64,000 nt of DNA, taken from NCBI GenBank assembly GCA_964016885.1, contig OZ024757.1:16492001-16556000 (forward strand), written 5' to 3'. A program made the position numbers and the translations under genes. How positions within the stretch are numbered: position 1 is the first letter of the stretch; every line of letters starts with the position of its first letter. Shown here in pieces: positions 55,825 to 64,000 of this stretch. The DNA is from Eledone cirrhosa (lineage: Eukaryota). The notes under the pieces are model-generated. The model was not told the origin of the DNA. It was given only the letters and a program-made list of their open reading frames with translations, and did no database searches.

Positions 55825-56091
55825 TGTATATATACATATATATATATATATACGTATGCCCGTTTGATTTGTCCAGCTGTATTTTTCTCAACCTGATTAG
55901 TTCTATCGTTCCTTTGGTATATATTGTGTGTTAGTTTCGCCTACCACAATGTTCGATTTGTCAAGCTATTTAAACGTATGTTATAACTCTGAGGTCCTAT
56001 CTTATCGAGTGCTTTTCTAACTCATCATTTCATATAAGTAGGCCGAATTTACTTGCAAACCGCCAGAGATTCGATTTTACTGATTTCCAAT

Positions 56092-56172
<81 letters not shown>

Positions 56173-56265
56173 ATATATACATGTATATGTATATATATAT
56201 ATATATATCCATGTATATATACATGGATATATATATATATATATGCGTGTGTGTATCTATATCTA

Positions 56266-56321
<56 letters not shown>

Positions 56322-56394
56322 AAATAGGAATATATATACATATTTAATATGTCTATATAATGATATATATATCATTATATATATGTATATATAA

Positions 56395-56461
<67 letters not shown>

Positions 56462-56999
56462 AAATAGGAATATATATACATATTTAATATGTCTATATAA
56501 TGATATATATATATATGTATATATATTTATTTATATATATAATTATGTGCATATATGTGTGTGTATATATATATATGTGTGTGTGTGTGTGTTGGTACAT
56601 GTGTCAGCACTCAGTGGCAGTAAAATTAATAAATGTATATATGTTTCCATGACCTCACCCACTGCACTACAACAACACCAGTGCCATCAACACTCACCAC
56701 CACCGCCATCTTACTTATACATATTCTTAGTTTGAGTACAAATTGTACTCATGTAATTGAAAAAAATCAAAAAAATCGATACTGTTGCCTTGTTTTGCCA
56801 AGGTCTCGTCTCTCCTGTACAGTTTGACATTTCAAATCAATTACGGTGTATTATTAAAAATTTTTCACTCGATTGGAAATCAATTAAAGACATTTGAATA
56901 TATCTTAGCTGGTGGCTTCTGTTGTTCTGATCATCGGAAATATATATCCTACAACGGTAGAATTGATTATATCTATGGAGAGAAAAACCTCTATTTTAA

Positions 57000-57225
57000 A
57001 TTATTTATTTTATTTATCTATTTTATTTATTTTATTTATCTATTTTATTTATTCCTTTTATTTTATTTTATTTTATTTTATTTTATTTTATTTTATTTTA
57101 TTTTATTTTATTTTATTTTATTTTATTTTATTTTATTTTATTTTTATTTTATTTTATTTTATTTTATTTTATTTTATTTTATTTTATTTTATTTTATTTT
57201 ATTTTATTTTATTTTATTCATTTAT
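57000..57225. repeat. (TTTTA)n pentanucleotide microsatellite
   Basis: Direct reading. Confidence 0.95.
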
Positions 57226-57232
57226 TGCTTTT

Positions 57233-57360
57233 ACGAGGGTCGGCTGAAAAGTTCATACGCTGACCGGATTTTCCGCTTGACTTTTCATCAGCCCAGGTTG
57301 AACATGTTGGTCCTCATAGATAACGAAACGTACGTACATGGTATGGCGCCGTTGTAGTAA
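57233..57360 (+). mobile_element. Mariner-like terminal fragment
   Basis: TACGAGGGTCGGCTGAAAAGTT terminus; related piece at 58721-58820. Confidence 0.55.
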
Positions 57361-57374
57361 CTGGCCTTAATAAT

Positions 57375-57680
57375 TATATTCAAACTCGCCCTACAGACTT
57401 CAGTTGTTCTATACCTTGGATATTTTTACCTACATATTACTATTATCTATATATATATACTGTAGTAAATGTTAAGTGGAAATATCCAAGAGTAAGAGCA
57501 CTCAGTCCATAGGACGAGTTTAGTATAAATAATTACAACAGTGACACAAACAGGTACTTAGATTTCGTTAGGTTCTGGGCCCAAATTTCTTCAGCCTTTT
57601 CATGACAGGCTGAAGAAATTTGGGCCCAGAACCCAACGAAACTTGAGCAACTGTTTATGTCACTTTTGTAATTATTTATA
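57375..57680. mobile_element. Family H: two tails facing across (TA)n, plus palindrome with decayed hammerheads
   Basis: Arms 57524-57597/57607-57680; arm consensus ACAGG-CTGAAGA...GAAAC-TTAA-GTA-CCTGT; tail 57460-57520 is the inverse of 57381-57447. Confidence 0.7.
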
Positions 57681-57706
57681 TATATAATAGCAACAGCAGC
57701 AGCAGC

Positions 57707-57781
<75 letters not shown>

Positions 57782-57801
57782 TATTGTTAGGATAAAACGT
57801 T

Positions 57802-57837
<36 letters not shown>

Positions 57838-58029
57838 CGTGTGTGTATTTATATATTATATATATAGTTGAGAATAAACCATAAGGTTGCATACAAAATG
57901 ACTCGGAGAGGTGAATCCAATCATTTGTTCATATAATTAATTAACTAATAATTAATTATGACGTAGAAGAAACTTGCGTTAATTAAGATATAATATAATT
58001 AACAATCTTTTGTCTTCTTTTCAATGTTT

Positions 58030-58087
<58 letters not shown>

Positions 58088-58498
58088 TTAGTCGATCTCG
58101 TATTTACAGAAACCTAGCGTGGATGTTGTATGTTATATGTGATGTATATCGTATGCTATACGATATGCGTTATGTGTTGCATTCGATCTCCGCGCGATGG
58201 TCCAGGTCAGTCAAAATCTTTCCCTGAGTTTAGTCTTTTTCGTTGCTATGGCAATGCGGCTGGACTGCCGGTCGCTATATTTGATTTGCAAAGCTGTCTA
58301 AACGTATTGTTATAAACTGTGGGGTATTATTCTCCATCGAGTGCTAAAGCTACATTCCGAATCTGCATTTGTTAGCTTAGCCGCAGCCTAAAGCTTCGTT
58401 AATGCTGTACTAAAATTTGTATATATATATATATATATATATACAAATTGATTAAATCTTAACCATTTAACATCTCAGGCTATGTCATGTATCATTTT

Positions 58499-58551
58499 AT
58501 TTTATCTGATGAAGACGTACTGTTGTACGTCTGAAATATGTATAATAAAAT
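58499..58551 (+). ncRNA. Minimal type I hammerhead ribozyme (best-preserved copy; within element ~58444-58696)
   Basis: ATTTTAT-CTGATGA-AGACGTAC-TGTT-GTACGTCT-GAAAT-ATGT-ATA-ATAAAAT: perfect 7-bp stem I and 8-bp stem II; cleavage predicted after 58544. Confidence 0.82.
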
Positions 58552-58933
58552 TTAATTGATCACAAGAACATCTATTTTATTAATATTTGTATTTTAATAT
58601 TAATAACTCTGGAAAATTACTTTACTGTAGAGTGCTTCCAATCTACTGTAAAACTCATTCTTTGATATACTCATTGAATTTTGTTTAACTCTTTAATATA
58701 TATATATATATATATATATACACGAAAGTCGGCTGAAAAATTCATGGGTTAGCCAAGATACACTCATGGAGGGATGGAATGACCAAATGGGGTTTATTTT
58801 TCAACATAATCTCTGGAAAGAAACAATCACTTATTAATAAGGGGAGTTAAAATTTCACAGCTCTAGCATCACTCCTTCATAACCATACCTTGCATCACAT
58901 GCCTGTTGTTCGTTCAGAGTTGACTTGGAGCAA

Positions 58934-58934
58934 A

Positions 58935-58966
<32 letters not shown>

Positions 58967-59375
58967 AAATACTGCTGCAATAACAACTACTACTAGTACC
59001 ACTACTACTACTACTACTAGTACTACTACTACTACTATTACTACTACTACTACAATAACAAAAACAACTACTACTACTACAACAACAAATACTGCTACAA
59101 TAACAACAACAACAACTACTACTACAACAACACAACTACTACAACTACTACTACTACTACTTACTACTACTACTACAACAACACAACTACTACGACTACT
59201 ACTACTACTTACTACTACTACTACTACAACAACACAACTACTACGACTACTACTACTATTACTACTACTGCTACTACTACTACTACTACTACAACAACAC
59301 AACTACTACGACTACTACTACTACTTACTACTACTACTACTACAACAACACAACTACTGCGACTACTACTACTAT

Positions 59376-59434
<59 letters not shown>

Positions 59435-59435
59435 T
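58934..59435. repeat. (CTA/CAA)n triplet repeat field
   Basis: Direct reading. Confidence 0.9.
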
Positions 59436-59935
59436 CACTTACCAAACAACAATGACAGCAATGATATTGAGTGTAGTCACATGACTAGCTAAGTCACATC
59501 AGAGAACGGCAAACGTACTGTGTAATTGGTGATTTGTGCCAAAAACAGAAAAATTAATCATGAATCGGAGCCATCATTTTACTTTGTCGAAAACGTTATC
59601 AGGATGAACAAATAGAATTGTATTGATAAACTAAGTGGAAAGCCATTATAATTTTGTGAGTTACAACTGTTTTATCAAGTAATTTAATTACGGAACTTGT
59701 TGCACAGATCAAATAGCAAAAATGGATTTCTGTTTTTTGAGGGGGTTTTTTTTTGCTCTTCTTTTTCTTGTTTTTAATCTCATTTTCTAAAATGTCCGCC
59801 GAATGGAAGAGATGTAATGAAGACGAGGCTGCTTAAGAATTTAAGATCTAATCTCTGTGTCATCGTTCGTATGTTTAACGTCTTTGATTTGAAAATGACA
59901 TATGGTGACATACCATCGTGTGTTTACATAACATC

Positions 59936-60000
<65 letters not shown>

Positions 60001-60100
60001 TATATACATACATATATGTATATATGTATGTATTTATATGTATATATACATATATATATAAACATATATATATACCTGTGTATATATATATATATGTGTA

Positions 60101-60132
<32 letters not shown>

Positions 60133-60138
60133 CATGTG

Positions 60139-60201
<63 letters not shown>

Positions 60202-60204
60202 GTG

Positions 60205-60325
<121 letters not shown>

Positions 60326-60354
60326 GTATATATATATATATATATAACTTTGAA

Positions 60355-61617
60355 TAACTTTGAAATGTTTTGGCCAGTATTGGCCCAGGCCATGTCTAAC
60401 TTAATAGCACCACCTGGCGAAGTCTTTCAATTCAGGATTTGGGCACCATGGCCCATTCGAGAAGAGAATTACTGTTTGCGGAGACATATCCGGGTGTGGG
60501 TGGTTTGTCCGGGATTACTTGGAGGAATTTGTCCAAAGACTTCTTGAATTTTGTGTGGTCAGTTTCTGTTTTGACGTGTCCTGGTGTGATGTTGAAGAGA
60601 GCAGGGCCGATTGAGGTGAAATAATTGTGCCGTATTGTTGTTATGAGTTGCGATTTAGATTTTTGAATGGGACAGATAGCACGGGGCCCAAGCCTTGGGT
60701 GTATCTTGAAGGCGATGCCAACATCATTTGGGCAGTGATGATGGAACATTTTCCACATCATGCAGATAATATAACGCTCACGGCGACGTTGGAGTGAGTA
60801 AAGTTTCAGGTTTTCTAATTCCACCCCAGTAGTCAAGGTCTGACATGCCATCTATCTTTTTCGTGATTGCCCTTTGAGGAGCTTCAAGTTTCATGATACT
60901 TTGTTTCGTGTGGGGAGACCACAGTGGACAACAGTATTCAAGGTGTGGTCGGGCGAAAGTAGAGAAGAGAAGGATAATGGTGCGGGAATCTCTCGACTGG
61001 AAGGTTCTGAGGATCCAGGAACACATTCTGCGGGCCATGTCAACTTTGCTGCTTATATGCGTGGTCCAGCTTATGTTGCTGTCCACGGTTACTCCCAAGT
61101 CTCTGATGTTGTTAGATGCCACGAGAGTTTCCCCGGAGGGAAGGGAGTACGGGAGTTTCAGAGCATCCTCTTTTCCAAAGTGGATCAGTTCGAATTTGTC
61201 TTCGTTCAGTAACATGTTGTTCTTTTCTGCCCATTGGGTAACAGCCAGTAGGTCTGACTGAAGGCTTATCCGGTCATCCACGCCATTGATGACCTTTTGG
61301 AGCTTGGAATCATCAGCGAAAATTTTAATGTTGCTGTGTTTGATGATGTCAGTGATGTCATTAATATAGATGATGAAGAGAAGTGGGCCCAACACAGTGC
61401 CTTGTGGGACCCCACTACTGACTTTGGCTGGGCTTGATTTGACTCCCTCAACTACAACATGTTGGGTTCTGTTTGACAGGAAGCTCTTGATCCACTGCAG
61501 CAGCTTTCCAGTGACACCAATATTGGACAGCTTTCTCAGTAGAATGTTATGATCAACCCTGTCAAAGGCCTTGCTGAAATCAAGGTAGATAACATCAGTG
61601 TTGGAACCCTCTCCCAA
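60355..61617 (-). mobile_element. CR1-clade LINE, 5'-truncated (RT domain to 3' UTR, one frameshift ~60820)
   Basis: [66 protein letters not shown]; UTR end repeated at 62310-62358. Confidence 0.9.
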
Positions 61618-61622
61618 TATAC

Positions 61623-61662
<40 letters not shown>

Positions 61663-61783
61663 GTGTATATATATATATACCTGTATATATGTATATATAT
61701 ATATATATATACATGTATATATGTATATATATATCTGTATATATATATATATATATACATGTATATATGTATATATATATCTG

Positions 61784-61821
<38 letters not shown>

Positions 61822-61826
61822 TATAC

Positions 61827-61879
<53 letters not shown>

Positions 61880-62460
61880 CATATATATATATACATGTGT
61901 GTGTGTACCCAATCCAATCTGGGGCATGCTCACTCCTGATAGGAACCCCTCCATGGGTGACCTTCACCGGTTTCTGTTTGGTTTTCGGTCACGTCAGGGA
62001 TGTAACCATACTCACCACGCTTGGCCAGCTGCGGGTTGATGAGGCTATTTAACCCATACATATACGTAAATAAGAACCTTATTGCTCCAGTCTGTCCACA
62101 AAGCAGTGAGAAACCACTCTAAACCTACCCGCGACACACCCTCCAAATTCGATAAACCGAATGCCGACCTCAACAGCCACCAAGTGGGGAAGACAGACAT
62201 TATCAGGCTGCAGCCGTCGCATTACGTAGTTTCTATTCACTATAGCTAATAAAGATATTATTATCTGCAGCGATTACGACCCCCATTACATATAAATGTA
62301 TATCTTTGATAAGTTTCGCCCAGTATTGGCCCAGGCCATGTCTAACTTAATAGCACCACGTGTGTAAATATGTGTCTGCTTTTGAATGTACATATGTATG
62401 TATATATTTATATACATCAGCATATATACACATGCGTGTGTGTATGAGAGAGAGAGAGAG

Positions 62461-62495
<35 letters not shown>

Positions 62496-62959
62496 AAACG
62501 TGTGTTTAGAATACGGCGGTGATGGAAATTTTGTAAAATTGATTTAGAAGTTTTCACCGTATTTTGTCAACATATAAGCCCTCATAATGGGAACAAATGG
62601 GCTTCAGTACACGTGGGAAACGAACCCACACCTGTCAAATTGTCCGGATAAATGTGTTAGGCCAGTGTTAGACCAGTTACACCAACCTGTCCACCCGATT
62701 TTTCTCCATTTTCAAACTATGAGTTAATATCCAGCTCATGTTTTTAAGCAGGATTGCAGATTTTAAAAGATAATAAGATTGGGAGAGGCCTAACAGTCAA
62801 ACATATTTATATGTACATTTTTTTTTTTTATTACTGCGTGTACGAATGTGTGTGTATGTATTTGTATTTGTATACGTGAGTGTGTCTCTGTATGTGTGTG
62901 TCTGTTTGTCTGTGTGTGTGTGTTGTATGCGAGTGTATGCTCATGTATTTCTATGCATG

Positions 62960-63476
62960 AGTCGATAAAATAAAGTACCAGTAATGCAGTGGGGTAATTT
63001 CTGGCCTTGTGCCAAAAGTAGAAACAATTATTAAATATAAATATATATAAGAGTGGTGGATGGAAGTATCGATACAGCGTCGTACACCATGCTTCGCGGC
63101 ATAGAGTTATGGCCCTTTACGTTCTGAGTTCAAATACTGGCGCAGTTAGCTCTGCCTTTTATCCTTATGGAGCTCGATAAAATAAAGTACCAGTAACGCA
63201 CTGAGGCCATTTAATCGACTTTCCCCTCCCCTTTAAATTGCTGGGCTTGTGCCTATAGTAGAAAACATTATTAAATATATATAGGGCGGTGAATTGGCAG
63301 TATCGGTAGAGGGTCAGACGCCATGCTTTGACGCATAGAGTTACGGCCCTTGCCATTCTGAGTTCAAATCCCGCCGAGGTTAACTTTGCCTTTCATCCTT
63401 ACGGGGTCGATAAAATAAAGTACCAGTAATACACTGGGCAATTGCTGGCCTTGTGCCAAAAGTAGAAACAATTATT
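62960..63476 (+). mobile_element. Three head-to-tail SINE copies (main family)
   Basis: Fragment 62960-63033, copy ~63050-63272, full copy 63284-63476. Confidence 0.88.
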
Positions 63477-63652
63477 AAATATATATAGAATATATTTATA
63501 TATATATAGAGATATTTGTGTGTGTGTGTGTGAGTTTACATGTCTGTATGTATGTATGTATGAATATATATATATGTTAAATATAAATAGTTTATATACA
63601 TATAATATTTATATATATATATGGGCGATATACACACATACACACATACACG

Positions 63653-63689
<37 letters not shown>

Positions 63690-63958
63690 TTGAGTTCTGC
63701 AAGTACTTGTGAATTTGCACGTAGCATAACTAGGCTGCAGTACCACCGTGGAAACACTTGTAAGCACACGGAATAAATTACCTTTTTATGATGTCTACCT
63801 GTTATTATTCATTCTTTATATACACTCCGGAATACTGAAGGATCAGGAACTAAGTTTCTTCAACAATTCTTCCATAACTCGTAGAGTAACCTCTTACCGT
63901 ACGTCAACCATATCCAGTGTAGTAAATAACTATTACTACATCTTGGATAATCCTATAC

Positions 63959-64000
<42 letters not shown>

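Noticed and set aside
63730-63962. Further tail-like element (ACTC-GTA-GAGT, cttggata end before TA)
   Set aside because: Similarity to families G/H too weak and no ribozyme fold found

Overview
Repeat-saturated, AT-rich eukaryotic (animal) DNA with no credible host protein-coding gene. The SINE types, huge (TA)n/(TAA)n/(CA)n tracts and the LINE mix suggest a cephalopod (Octopus-like) intron or intergenic region; that is inference. Almost all ORF-track entries are translated microsatellites or satellites. Recognisable elements: a decayed ~5.5 kb Helitron with a broken RepHel ORF (38.4-43.9 kb); LINE fragments (RTE, Dong/R4-type RLE, CR1-type, probable Tx1/L1 3' ends); about 20 tRNA-derived SINE copies; mariner/Tc1-type ends; and 59, 42, ~190 and 88 bp tandem arrays. 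The main unexplained structure is a set of about 10 sequence-unrelated families of short (100-550 bp) elements lodged in microsatellites. Many are long palindromes with a one-sided 3' tail. Most carry minimal type I hammerhead ribozyme folds with palindromic stem III and covarying stems, including a U3-A8 compensatory core variant and a recurrent U.U at 10.1/11.1. Many also share an ACTC...GAGTRCT hairpin in the tail. This best fits Penelope-like retroelement (PLE) pseudo-LTR remnants made by fold-back during reverse transcription.
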